Source of the DNA: Bacilli bacterium
GTDB taxonomy: Bacteria > Bacillota_I > Bacilli_A > RF39 > UBA660
NCBI GenBank assembly: GCA_017887425.1
Contig: JAGHHZ010000028.1
Span: 20,304-84,303 of the forward strand
Direction: 5' to 3'
Length of the DNA stretch: 64,000 bases
Part shown: in pieces, positions 20,823 to 29,976 of the stretch
Position numbering within the stretch: the stretch's first letter is position 1
Layout: each line of letters opens with the position of its first letter
The notes under the pieces: generated by a model
The model's input: the letters and a program-made list of their open reading frames with translations, nothing else
Told to the model about the DNA's origin: nothing
The model's database searches: none
Made by a program: the position numbers and the translations under genes

Positions 20823-21580
20823 ATTCTTTTAACAAATTCTTTTTCTTTTTCTGGTTCTTTTAATAAATCTTCTTTTATTTGTTGATATTCTCTTATTTCT
20901 TGTTTTATTTTGCTAATTTTATCTTCAGGTTCAACTTCATCATCTTTTTTTTCTTCAATTTTTACTTCTTTTTTACTTTCTTCTTTATCGTTTGAAACTT
21001 TATATTGAACAGCAGTAATAGCTTGAGTGATATTAGTTATTCCTAGTAAAGGTAATAAAGCGTTAATTGGTAAGTTAAAACATTTGGCTAAATATAAAGC
21101 AGTTAAAGTTACATAAAGAAAAGTAGTTTTAACTTTGCCCAGCATACTAGATTTAGGATGGTTATTATTTAATTCAGCTCTAGTATTTATTGTACTAATA
21201 GCAAATTCTAAAATCAAAGTAGGTAAGATAGTAATTGGATTAGCTATTAATAAAGGTAAAATAAGACCTAGAGTGTACATTTTATCACTTATGATATCTA
21301 ACTTTCTTCCATATTCACTAGTAGCATGCCATTTTCTAGCTAAATGACCGTCAAAAGCATCAGTTAAGCCAAAGATACCAGCAATAATAGTAGCAATTGC
21401 AAAATTGCCAATTATTGAAGCAGGAACAATTAAAAATGGGGCAACAATTCGTGATTTAGTTAGAATATTTGGTAATCTTTTTTTAAGTCTACCACTAAAT
21501 GTTTTTTCTTTTTTTAAATTATCTAAATATTCTTGTTTATTTTGGTTGTATTCTGCAATAACGCGTTTAGCTTTTGACAT
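20813..21580 (-). CDS. CDP-alcohol phosphatidyltransferase family protein (PgsA-like) with a charged C-terminal tail
   Basis: The signature D-x2-DG-x2-AR...G-x3-D-x3-D is seen as DAFDGHLARKWHATSEYGRKLDIISDK. It has multiple TM segments and a roughly 60-aa K/E-rich tail. The start was taken at ATG 21580 (MSKAKRV) after the SD AAGGAGG. Confidence 0.85.
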   Translation of the reverse strand: MSKAKRVIAEYNQNKQEYLDNLKKEKTFSGRLKKRLPNILTKSRIVAPFLIVPASIIGNFAIATIIAGIFGLTDAFDGHLARKWHATSEYGRKLDIISDKMYTLGLILPLLIANPITILPTLILEFAISTINTRAELNNNHPKSSMLGKVKTTFLYVTLTALYLAKCFNLPINALLPLLGITNITQAITAVQYKVSNDKEESKKEVKIEEKKDDEVEPEDKISKIKQEIREYQQIKEDLLKEPEKEKEFVKRIEK

Positions 21581-21803
21581 ATTAACCTCCTTAAGCACTA
21601 CTATTTTACCACATTTCTCATTATTTTCAACATAAAATTGATAATTAAATCATACAATATAGTGTATCGCAAATAGATACATATAGGAAACTCGTAGGAT
21701 TACGGTTTCCTTTTTGTCTAAAAAAATGTAAAAATGTGGTAAATAGTATTTAAATATATACAAAATATGTCGAAAAATGGTATAATTATTAATAGGTGAG
21801 GCT

Positions 21804-23813
21804 ATGAAAAAGTTAGTAAATATTTTATTAGTTTCCATAATTTTGTTTGTTAGCCTAGTTCCACCAATTCGTGCGGAAGAAGTAAGATACGGTTATGTAA
21901 ATTCTACTTCTGGAAATGGTATAAAAGTAAGAAGTGGCCCTGGAACTAGTTATAGTACTTTAAGTGACGGTTTAGCCGAAGGAGAACAAATAAAAATCTT
22001 AAGTGAGCATAAACCTGATGATGGTACTAGTAAAAGCTGTAGTTTATGGTATAAAATTGAATTTGACGAAGTTGATTCAGGAATCGGCTATGCGTGTGCT
22101 GATATGGTTAAAATAATTGAAATTCAAACTGATGAAGATTTTGAAGAAAGTTTAAAAGCATTCCCTGAAAGTTATCATGATGCTTTAAGATTATTACATA
22201 CTATTTATCCTAATGCTATTTTTAAATCATATGATACTAGATTAGATTTTAATACGGTTGTTGAAAATGAATCTTTAGAAGGTCATAGTCTAATTTGGGA
22301 TTCAAATAATTCAAGAGATGGTTTAAAATTAATGGATAGTTATAATTATAAAACCAATAAATTTGCTAATAATTATTCTGGTGGTGGTCCAACTTGGTAT
22401 GCAGCTAATTCTGAAACGATTGCTTATTATCTTGATCCAAGAAATTTCTTAACAGAATCAAGAGTATTTATGTTTGAAAGCCTATCATACAATGCTAGTA
22501 TTCATACTGAAGCTGGTGTGGATGCTATTTTAGCGGGAAGTTTTATGGCTAAAGAAAAAGTTGATGGTGGTGACAAGTCATTTGCTGAAGTTATTATGGC
22601 AGCAGGTAAAAAATATAATATAAGTCCATATTATTTAGCTAGTCGTATTTTACAAGAAACCGGTTATACTAGAAGTGCTTTAGTAAAGGGAGATTATGAT
22701 GGAAAATATGATAAATATGACGGTTATTATAATTTCTTTAACTATGATGCAACTGGTACTGACATAGTAGGTAATGGTTTAGCTTATGCTTATAAAAAAG
22801 GTTGGAATTCGGAAGAAAAAGCGATTATGGGCGGAGCTAGTTTGATTGAATCTGGTTATATTAGTTCTGGACAAGATACAAATTATTTTCAAAAATGGGA
22901 TGTTGTTTGTGATGCTAAAGATTTAGATGATTGTAGCTTTTATTGGCATCAATTCCAGCAAAATATTGAAGCTCCTTATAGTGAGGCTTATAAAACTTAT
23001 GATGGCTATAAAGAAACATTTGATGATAAATTATATACTTTACCATTAATATTTACTATTCCTGTTTATAAAAACATGCCTAAAAAAACATCTTTACCAA
23101 GTGAAGATAATCCAATTAATTATTTAAAAACCTTAACCGTTGATGGTAAGAGTGTAGCTAATTTTAATAGTTTAAAAACAGCTTATACAATTAGTATTCC
23201 AGAAACTAAAAAATCGGTTAAAATAGCGGCGACAAGAATTGAAAGTAGATCTAAGATTACAGGAACGGGAACAATTGAAATAACTAAAGATGGTCAAGTT
23301 ATCCCAATTACGGTAACTGCAGAAAACGGTGATAAGTTAGTCTATAATATTACTGTTAAGTTAACTAAAGTTGATGAAACTGCTATGACTTTAGATGAGA
23401 CGATAGAAAATATTAAATCGGGAATATTTAAAGATGGTTATGTAACGGGTTTAACTAATGTTCAAACAATTTTGGAAGCAATAACAAAAGCTAATGAATT
23501 AGCTGAAGTTAAAGTTTATAATTTAAATAATAAAGAAGTTACTAGTGGTTCAGTTGGTACTGGATATAAAGTAACTATCACAGTTGGTGAAGAAAGTAAA
23601 ACTTTTGAAGTAGTTATCTATGGCGATATTAATGGTGATAGTGAAATAACTGTTTTGGATTTATTAAGAGTACAAAAAGATATCTTAGATATTTCTAATT
23701 TATCAGATGCTCAAGCAAAAGCAGCTGATGTTAGTAAAGATGGAAAAATATCTGCTTTAGATTTATTGAAAGTGCAAAAAGATATACTGGGTATATCTGA
23801 AATTAAACAATAA
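21804..23813 (+). CDS. Secreted peptidoglycan hydrolase: signal peptide + SH3b + GH73 N-acetylglucosaminidase + cadherin-like beta-sandwich + C-terminal dockerin
   Basis: The signal peptide is MKKLVNILLVSIILFVSLVPPIRA. The SH3b domain contains GYVNSTSGNGIKVRSGPGTSYSTL. The GH73 core contains YYLASRILQETGY, YNFFNY and YFQKWD. The module YLKTLTVDGKSV...YNITVKL is cadherin-like. The last 65 aa hold two EF-hand-like dockerin repeats, DINGDSEITVLDLLRVQKDIL and DVSKDGKISALDLLKVQKDIL. Confidence 0.8.
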   Translation: MKKLVNILLVSIILFVSLVPPIRAEEVRYGYVNSTSGNGIKVRSGPGTSYSTLSDGLAEGEQIKILSEHKPDDGTSKSCSLWYKIEFDEVDSGIGYACADMVKIIEIQTDEDFEESLKAFPESYHDALRLLHTIYPNAIFKSYDTRLDFNTVVENESLEGHSLIWDSNNSRDGLKLMDSYNYKTNKFANNYSGGGPTWYAANSETIAYYLDPRNFLTESRVFMFESLSYNASIHTEAGVDAILAGSFMAKEKVDGGDKSFAEVIMAAGKKYNISPYYLASRILQETGYTRSALVKGDYDGKYDKYDGYYNFFNYDATGTDIVGNGLAYAYKKGWNSEEKAIMGGASLIESGYISSGQDTNYFQKWDVVCDAKDLDDCSFYWHQFQQNIEAPYSEAYKTYDGYKETFDDKLYTLPLIFTIPVYKNMPKKTSLPSEDNPINYLKTLTVDGKSVANFNSLKTAYTISIPETKKSVKIAATRIESRSKITGTGTIEITKDGQVIPITVTAENGDKLVYNITVKLTKVDETAMTLDETIENIKSGIFKDGYVTGLTNVQTILEAITKANELAEVKVYNLNNKEVTSGSVGTGYKVTITVGEESKTFEVVIYGDINGDSEITVLDLLRVQKDILDISNLSDAQAKAADVSKDGKISALDLLKVQKDILGISEIKQ

Positions 23814-23830
23814 AGGAGTTGAAGAACATT

Positions 23831-25342
23831 ATGAAAAAACTATATTTATTAATATTTGGAATAATTTTAAGCTTTATTTGTATTAACAATGTTGATGCAG
23901 CAACTGCAAATATAAGTGTTAGCGCATCTAAATCGCGGGTTATTGTCGGTGATACAGTTAATATAACTATCAGATTATCTTCTTCAGCTAATATTGGTAG
24001 TTGGGATTTTAATGTAATTCCATCTTCCAATTTGACTTTAATTGAACGTAGTGATGGGTATGATGGATTAAAAGTCGCGGATGCTGGAGGGGCTTCTACT
24101 AAAAGTAAAACATATACTTTTACTTTTAGAGCAAAATCAAGCGGAACTGGTAGTGTTAAAATTAGTGTTAATGAAATTTATGAGATGACAAATGATGATT
24201 CAACTCCAAAAATGCAAGTGACAACTAATAGCACAAGTTTTACTGTTATGACTCAAAGTCAGTTAGAAGCAAGTTATAGTAAAAATAATTATTTATCTAG
24301 TTTAGAAGTTGAAGGTCAAACTTTAACTCCAAAATTTGATAAAGAAACATTAGAGTATAGTTTAGAATTAGAATATGGAACAGAAAGTATTAATATCATT
24401 ACTGATACAGAAGATTCTAAAGCTAGTGTCGATGGGGATGGAGAAGTAACATTATCTCAAGGAATGAATGCAATAAAAGTTGTTGTTACTGCTGAAAATG
24501 GAAGCACTAGAATATATACTATTAATGCCACAGTTAAAGAATTAGATCCTATTAATGTTAATTTAGATGGAACTAACTATTCTGTTGTAAGAGAAGAAGA
24601 ATTTTTACCGAGTGCTAGTAGTGCTTATCAAAAAACTACTATTCAAATAGATGAAAAAGATGTACCTGCTTATTATAATGAGGTAGTTGATTTTACTTTA
24701 GTTGGTTTAAAAGATAAAGCTGGAAACATTAATCTATATATTTACAAAGATGATAATTATACTTTATATAATGAATTTAACTTTAATCAATTAAGTATTT
24801 ATTTGTTAGATATGGATGAGTCATTAATTCCAAGTGGTTATAAACAAGGAGAAATCACAATCGGTGATAGAGCAGTAACCGCTTATACAAGAGATGGTTA
24901 TGAATTTCCAATTGTCTATGGTTTAAATATTGAAACAGGGGAGAAGAACCTATATAAATATGACGCCAAAGAAAACACTTTACAACGAGTTGAAAATATT
25001 GACTCTAGTAAAGAAAGTTTATATTTTAATATTATTTTAGGTTCGTTTGGATTTACGGCTGTATCTTATTTATTCTTTATTAATTTATTAAGTAAGAAAA
25101 ATAAACAACAAAGAGAATTTTTAGAAAAAACAATGCAGATGAATATTAGTGATATCAAAATGAATAAGGACTTAGGCGATGAATTATATAAGAATACGGC
25201 ATTATCAAGAAAACAAATGAAACAAAAGAAAAAAGAAGACAAGAAAGCTTTAAAACAACAAAAGAAAGAAGCAAAAAAAGATAAAAAGACATCTAAAAAA
25301 AATAAAGATAGCAAAAATAAAGATGAAATGGCTGAATTATAG
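23831..25342 (+). CDS. Membrane-anchored cohesin-like protein (signal peptide + cohesin-like domain + cadherin-like domain + TM + Lys-rich tail)
   Basis: The signal peptide is MKKLYLLIFGIILSFICINNVDA. A roughly 125-aa beta-rich module follows (ANISVSASKSRVIVGDTVNITIRLSSSANIGSWDFNVIPSSNLTLI...GTGSVKISV) with the cohesin pattern. The module YLSSLEVEGQTLTPKFDKETLEYSLE...RIYTINATV is cadherin-like. The TM segment is LYFNIILGSFGFTAVSYLFFINLL, followed by a K-rich tail. The start was taken at ATG 23831, 12 nt after AAGGAG. Confidence 0.65.
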   Translation: MKKLYLLIFGIILSFICINNVDAATANISVSASKSRVIVGDTVNITIRLSSSANIGSWDFNVIPSSNLTLIERSDGYDGLKVADAGGASTKSKTYTFTFRAKSSGTGSVKISVNEIYEMTNDDSTPKMQVTTNSTSFTVMTQSQLEASYSKNNYLSSLEVEGQTLTPKFDKETLEYSLELEYGTESINIITDTEDSKASVDGDGEVTLSQGMNAIKVVVTAENGSTRIYTINATVKELDPINVNLDGTNYSVVREEEFLPSASSAYQKTTIQIDEKDVPAYYNEVVDFTLVGLKDKAGNINLYIYKDDNYTLYNEFNFNQLSIYLLDMDESLIPSGYKQGEITIGDRAVTAYTRDGYEFPIVYGLNIETGEKNLYKYDAKENTLQRVENIDSSKESLYFNIILGSFGFTAVSYLFFINLLSKKNKQQREFLEKTMQMNISDIKMNKDLGDELYKNTALSRKQMKQKKKEDKKALKQQKKEAKKDKKTSKKNKDSKNKDEMAEL

Positions 25343-25351
25343 CCATTTTTT
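25328..25351 (+). terminator. Rho-independent terminator after the cohesin-like gene
   Basis: ATGGCT-gaattat-AGCCAT followed by TTTTT. The hairpin spans the TAG stop. Confidence 0.6.
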
Positions 25352-25446
25352 ATTATGGATTATTATAAATTTTAGTTTCTACATTTTATTTACGTTTGTT
25401 TTTGTAATAAAAAAACTATTGCAAAGTTATTTTATTGCAATAGTTT

Positions 25447-25617
25447 TTATGCTGCTTTCTTTAAAGTTCTTAATTCTCTTGCACTCATTCTAATTGTTTC
25501 GCCATTGTCTAGAGTTACTTTTTGTAAATTTGGTTTTCTTGTATGTTTAGTAGCACGTAGAGAATGTGATCTTAAATTTCCTTTTAAAGGTTTTTTACTT
25601 GTTATTTTCTTTGCCAT
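25447..25617 (-). CDS. rpmB: 50S ribosomal protein L28
   Basis: The reverse-complement translation is MAKKITSKKPLKGNLRSHSLRATKHTRKPNLQKVTLDNGETIRMSARELRTLKKAA (56 aa). The core GN.RSH....TKR...PNLQKV is diagnostic of L28. The SD GGAGGAATTAA lies upstream and a bidirectional hairpin (about 25410-25446) lies downstream. It is below the track cut-off. Confidence 0.9.
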   Translation of the reverse strand: MAKKITSKKPLKGNLRSHSLRATKHTRKPNLQKVTLDNGETIRMSARELRTLKKAA

Positions 25618-25736
25618 GCTTTAATTCCTCCTTGTTTTTCTTCGCTACTACATTTTACTATATATTGTGAAATAAGTCAAATATTTCTTTTAAATTTGTT
25701 TAAAATATAGTAAAATAAATACTAGGAGTTGATTTT

Positions 25737-28583
25737 ATGGGACCACTTTATATTAAAACAGATAATAGTTTATTAAGTAGTTTGATTAAAATCGACGACT
25801 TAATTAATTTCGCTATTAAAAACAATATAAAAAGTTTGGCTATCACTGATGACAGTATGTATGGTGTTTTAGAATTTTATTTAAAATGTAAAAAAAATAA
25901 TATTAAACCAATTATCGGCCTAGAAATAGCTGATATTGTATTGTATGCTATTAATTATCAAGGATATCAAAATTTAATTAAATTAAGTACGATTAATTCT
26001 AAAGAAAAAGTTGACTTAAGTACTTTAATGAAATATAGTGATGAATTAGTATGTATTGTCCCATATTATAATTTAGAAAACTATGATAATTATAAATTCT
26101 ATAAATATTTATATCAAGGATATACTAATTTAGATGAAAAGAAAAGCTTAACTGGTAAAACAGTTTATTTAAATGAAGTTTTGTATTTAGAAGAAAGTGA
26201 TCGTAGTTATTTAAAATATTTATATGCGATTAATAAAGGAGTTAGTGTTAAGGAAATAAATTTAAATAAACATGATAATCATTTATTAAATTATCAATTA
26301 TATAATAATGATTGTAATGAAGAAATAATTGATTTATGTAATGCTACCTTGCCATTAAAACAAGATTTACTACCAATTTATAGCTGTCCTAACAACTTAG
26401 ATAGTTATACTTATTTAAAACAGTTAGTTATTAAAGGATTAAAAGAAATCTTTGGCGAAAAAGTAAATAAAATTTATTTAGATAGATTAAAGTATGAATT
26501 AGATATTATAAACAAAATGGGTTTTTGTAACTATTTTTTAGTTGTTTGGGATTATGTTAAATATGCTAAAGAAAATGGTATTTTAGTTGGACCAGGAAGA
26601 GGTAGTGCAGCTGGATCTTTAGTATCATATTGTCTTAATATTACTACTATTGATCCAATTAAATACGATTTATTATTTGAAAGATTTTTAAATCCCGAGC
26701 GAATAAGTATGCCTGATATTGATATTGATTTTGAATATACAAGAAGAGAAGAAGTATTAAACTATTGTATTAATAAATATGGGGATAAAAAAGTTGCTCC
26801 GATTATTACTTTTGGAACATTAGGAAGTAAACAAGTTATAAGAGATGTTGGAAAAGCTTTAAGTATCGATAGTAAATCGATCGACAGTTTTGCTAAAGCT
26901 TTAGATTCAAGACTAAGTTTATATGAAAACTATCCAAAAATAAAAAATTTTATTAAGGAAAATATCGAATTAAAAAAACTATATAAAATAGCTCTAAAAC
27001 TAGAAGGATTAAAAAGACACACTAGTATTCATGCGGCAGGTGTGGTTATGTCTAAAGAAAACTTAGATGAAATAATTCCTTTGGTCTATCACGATAATCT
27101 ATATATAACTGGTTATTCGATGGAATATTTAGAAGATTTAGGGTTACTCAAAATGGACTTTTTAGCTTTAAAAAATCTGACTTTAATCAATAATGTTTTA
27201 AAAGAAATAAATATTAAATTTGATGATATTCCTTTAAATGATGAAAAAGCTATTAAAATATTTACCGATGTTGATACAATAGGAATATTTCAATTTGAAT
27301 CAGGTGGGATGATTAATTTTTTAAAAAAATTTAAAATAAGTAGTTTTGATGATATTGTTGCCGCTATCGCTTTATTTAGACCAGGACCTATGCAAAATAT
27401 TGATACATATATTAAAAGAAAAAATGGTTTGGAAAAATATGAAATAATCAAACCATTAGAACCAATTTTAAAGTCAACTTATGGAATAATTATTTATCAA
27501 GAGCAAATTATGCAAATAGCGCATATCTTAGCTAATTATTCTTTAGCCGAAGCCGATCTTTTAAGAAAAGCGATGAGTAAGAAAAAAGAAGATATTTTAT
27601 TAAAAGAAAAAGATAAATTTATTAATCAAACTATTCAAAATGGCTATACTAAAGAAGTTGCGACTGATATATATAATTTGATTTTAAAATTTGCGTCTTA
27701 TGGTTTTAATAAAGCTCATTCAGTTTCTTATGCTTTAGTATCTTATAAGATGGCTTATCTAAAAGCACATTATTATCCTATTTTTATGAAACATTTACTA
27801 TCGATGGTGATTGGTAGTGAGATAAAGACAAGAGAATATATTAATATGTGTAAAGATGAAATCGAAGTTTTAAAGCCAGATATCAATATTAGTGACATCG
27901 ATTATATCATCAAAGATAATAAACTTATATATCCTTTAACCAATATTAAAAATGTAGGATTAATTGCGGCTAAAGCGATTGTCGAAGAGAGAAAAAAAGG
28001 AAAGTTTAAAGATGTTTTTGACTTTTTTGCGCGTTGTTATGGTAAAAGTATTAATAATAAAATAATTGAATCTTTAAATAAAGCTGGTTGTTTTTTAGAA
28101 TTTTGTAATCAAAAAACAATCGATAATAATATTGATATTTTAATTAACTATAGTGAGTTAGGTGGTTTATTAGAAGACTCTTTAAAACCAGAACTAGTTA
28201 ACTATCAGGAATATTCTAAACAAGAGCTTTTAAGTAGAGAAATAGAGGTGTTTGGAACTTATTTAAGTAGTCATCCTGTTACTAATTTAAAACATAAGAT
28301 AAAAGCAATAAACTTAAAAGATGTTGTTGATTATTATGATAAAAACATTATTGCATTAGCTTATATTGAAAGAATAAAAAGAGTTAAAACTAAAAACAAT
28401 AAAGAAATGATTTTTATAACTGGTAGTGATGAGACAAGTATTTGTGAATTTATTTTGTTTCCGAGAGAATTTTGTGATATAATTATAGGTAGTATATATA
28501 TGATAGAAGGGAAAGTCGAAAAAAGATTTGATAAATATCAAATTGTTATTAATCGAATAAAGAAGGTGGATTATGAAAAATAG
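25737..28583 (+). CDS. dnaE: DNA polymerase III subunit alpha (DnaE type), short form with a degenerate PHP motif
   Basis: Motifs GPGRGSAAGSLVSYCL, FERFLNPERISMPDIDIDF, HAAGVV, LKMDFLALKNL, FRPGPM and FNKAHSVSYAL. 948 aa. Confidence 0.93.
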   Translation: MGPLYIKTDNSLLSSLIKIDDLINFAIKNNIKSLAITDDSMYGVLEFYLKCKKNNIKPIIGLEIADIVLYAINYQGYQNLIKLSTINSKEKVDLSTLMKYSDELVCIVPYYNLENYDNYKFYKYLYQGYTNLDEKKSLTGKTVYLNEVLYLEESDRSYLKYLYAINKGVSVKEINLNKHDNHLLNYQLYNNDCNEEIIDLCNATLPLKQDLLPIYSCPNNLDSYTYLKQLVIKGLKEIFGEKVNKIYLDRLKYELDIINKMGFCNYFLVVWDYVKYAKENGILVGPGRGSAAGSLVSYCLNITTIDPIKYDLLFERFLNPERISMPDIDIDFEYTRREEVLNYCINKYGDKKVAPIITFGTLGSKQVIRDVGKALSIDSKSIDSFAKALDSRLSLYENYPKIKNFIKENIELKKLYKIALKLEGLKRHTSIHAAGVVMSKENLDEIIPLVYHDNLYITGYSMEYLEDLGLLKMDFLALKNLTLINNVLKEINIKFDDIPLNDEKAIKIFTDVDTIGIFQFESGGMINFLKKFKISSFDDIVAAIALFRPGPMQNIDTYIKRKNGLEKYEIIKPLEPILKSTYGIIIYQEQIMQIAHILANYSLAEADLLRKAMSKKKEDILLKEKDKFINQTIQNGYTKEVATDIYNLILKFASYGFNKAHSVSYALVSYKMAYLKAHYYPIFMKHLLSMVIGSEIKTREYINMCKDEIEVLKPDINISDIDYIIKDNKLIYPLTNIKNVGLIAAKAIVEERKKGKFKDVFDFFARCYGKSINNKIIESLNKAGCFLEFCNQKTIDNNIDILINYSELGGLLEDSLKPELVNYQEYSKQELLSREIEVFGTYLSSHPVTNLKHKIKAINLKDVVDYYDKNIIALAYIERIKRVKTKNNKEMIFITGSDETSICEFILFPREFCDIIIGSIYMIEGKVEKRFDKYQIVINRIKKVDYEK

Positions 28584-28929
28584 AGGATTTACATTAGCAG
28601 AATTATTAGGAGTTATTATTATTTTAGGAGTAATTGCTTTGATTGCAACTATTAGTATTACTAATAGTATGAGAAATAGTCGTGAGGAGTTATATAATTT
28701 ACAAATCAGTAATATAATTAACGGGGCAAAAACATGGGCAAGTGGTAATGTTTTTGAATTACCAGAAAATGATGGCGAAGCTATTTACTTAACTTTAGCC
28801 GAATTAAAAGAAGCTGGTTTTGTTGAAAAAGATATAACTAATCCTTTAACTGATGAATTATTTAGTGATCAATTACAAGTAAAAATTACGAAAATTGACA
28901 ATAATTATAATTATGAAATAGTAGAATAA
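28573..28929 (+). CDS. Prepilin-type N-terminal cleavage/methylation domain protein (ComGC/pseudopilin-like)
   Basis: It opens MKNRG|FTLAELLGVIIILGVIALIATISI, which is the class III signal (G-F-T-L-x-E) plus a hydrophobic helix. 118 aa. The ATG overlaps the dnaE 3' end by 11 nt. Confidence 0.8.
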   Translation: MKNRGFTLAELLGVIIILGVIALIATISITNSMRNSREELYNLQISNIINGAKTWASGNVFELPENDGEAIYLTLAELKEAGFVEKDITNPLTDELFSDQLQVKITKIDNNYNYEIVE

Positions 28930-28949
28930 AATATATTAGAGGTGAAGAA

Positions 28950-29687
28950 ATGAATATATTAGATATAGGAATTATTATATTTATCCTATTTGGAGCTGTT
29001 TTAGGTCTAAAAAGAGGATTTACTAAAGAGTTAGTTGAAGCGATAGGCTTTATCGTTGTAATTGTCTTAGCTTATTTTTTAAAAAATCCATTATCTGTTT
29101 TAATGTATGAATTTTTACCATTTTTCAGCTTTGGATTATTAAAAAATGTCGAAATATTTAATATTTTAATTTACGAAGTAATTGCTTTTCTTATTTGCTT
29201 TGCCGTTTTGTCGGCTGTTTTAAGAGTTCTTTTATTAGCGACATCTATTTTTGAAAAAATATTAAACACAACTATTATTTTAGGAATTCCATCAAAAATA
29301 GCTGGAGCTATCGTTGGTTTAATCCATCATTTTATTATATCTTTTGTAATTTTATATATTTTATCAATTTTCTGCTTTGATGTTGATTTTGTCAATGAAT
29401 CAGAACTAAAAAATAAAATATTGAACAACACACCAGTTTTATCGAATATAGCCAATCGTAGTGTTAATATTGTAAATGAATTTATCGTTTTGAAAAATCA
29501 ATATACTGATAATACGATTAGCGAAAGTGAATTTAATTATCAAGCAATCGAGTTGTTCTTAAAATATGATATTATTACACCAGAAGCTTTAGAAAAATTA
29601 ATCGAAAAAGGTAAGATTGATGAATTTGATAATTATGGTGATTTAATTAGAACGTATAAGGAGGATTCAAATGGAAATCAAGAATAA
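28950..29687 (+). CDS. cvpA: CvpA family membrane protein
   Basis: It opens NILDIGIIIFILFGAVLGLKRGFTKELV and has 4 TM segments, as in colicin V production protein family members, plus a soluble C-terminal extension. Confidence 0.75.
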   Translation: MNILDIGIIIFILFGAVLGLKRGFTKELVEAIGFIVVIVLAYFLKNPLSVLMYEFLPFFSFGLLKNVEIFNILIYEVIAFLICFAVLSAVLRVLLLATSIFEKILNTTIILGIPSKIAGAIVGLIHHFIISFVILYILSIFCFDVDFVNESELKNKILNNTPVLSNIANRSVNIVNEFIVLKNQYTDNTISESEFNYQAIELFLKYDIITPEALEKLIEKGKIDEFDNYGDLIRTYKEDSNGNQE

Positions 29688-29976
29688 AGAAGAATTTCAA
29701 AATATTATTAATAGTGACTATGCTTTAGTAGATTTTTTTGCTACTTGGTGTGGTCCTTGTAAAATGTTAAGCCCAATTATTGAGAATATTGCCAACAGTC
29801 GCGATAATATAAAAGTAGCTAAAGTCGATGTTGACAAGCACGAAGACTTGGCCAAAACTTATGGTGTTATGTCGATTCCAACTTTAATTTTATTTAAACA
29901 TGGTCAAGTAGTAGCCACTAAGGTTGGTTTTGTGGCTGAACCATTACTAAACGAATGGATTAATAGTAACCGTTAA
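29671..29976 (+). CDS. trxA: Thioredoxin
   Basis: WCGPCK active site, IPTLILFK, 101 aa. Confidence 0.95.
   Translation: MEIKNKEEFQNIINSDYALVDFFATWCGPCKMLSPIIENIANSRDNIKVAKVDVDKHEDLAKTYGVMSIPTLILFKHGQVVATKVGFVAEPLLNEWINSNR

Noticed and set aside
21599-21803. Hairpin GGAAAC-13 nt-GTTTCC plus T-run in the divergent intergenic region, considered as a riboswitch or attenuator
   Set aside because: It is too short and lacks any conserved riboswitch core that I can recognise. It may just be a terminator remnant or insulator.
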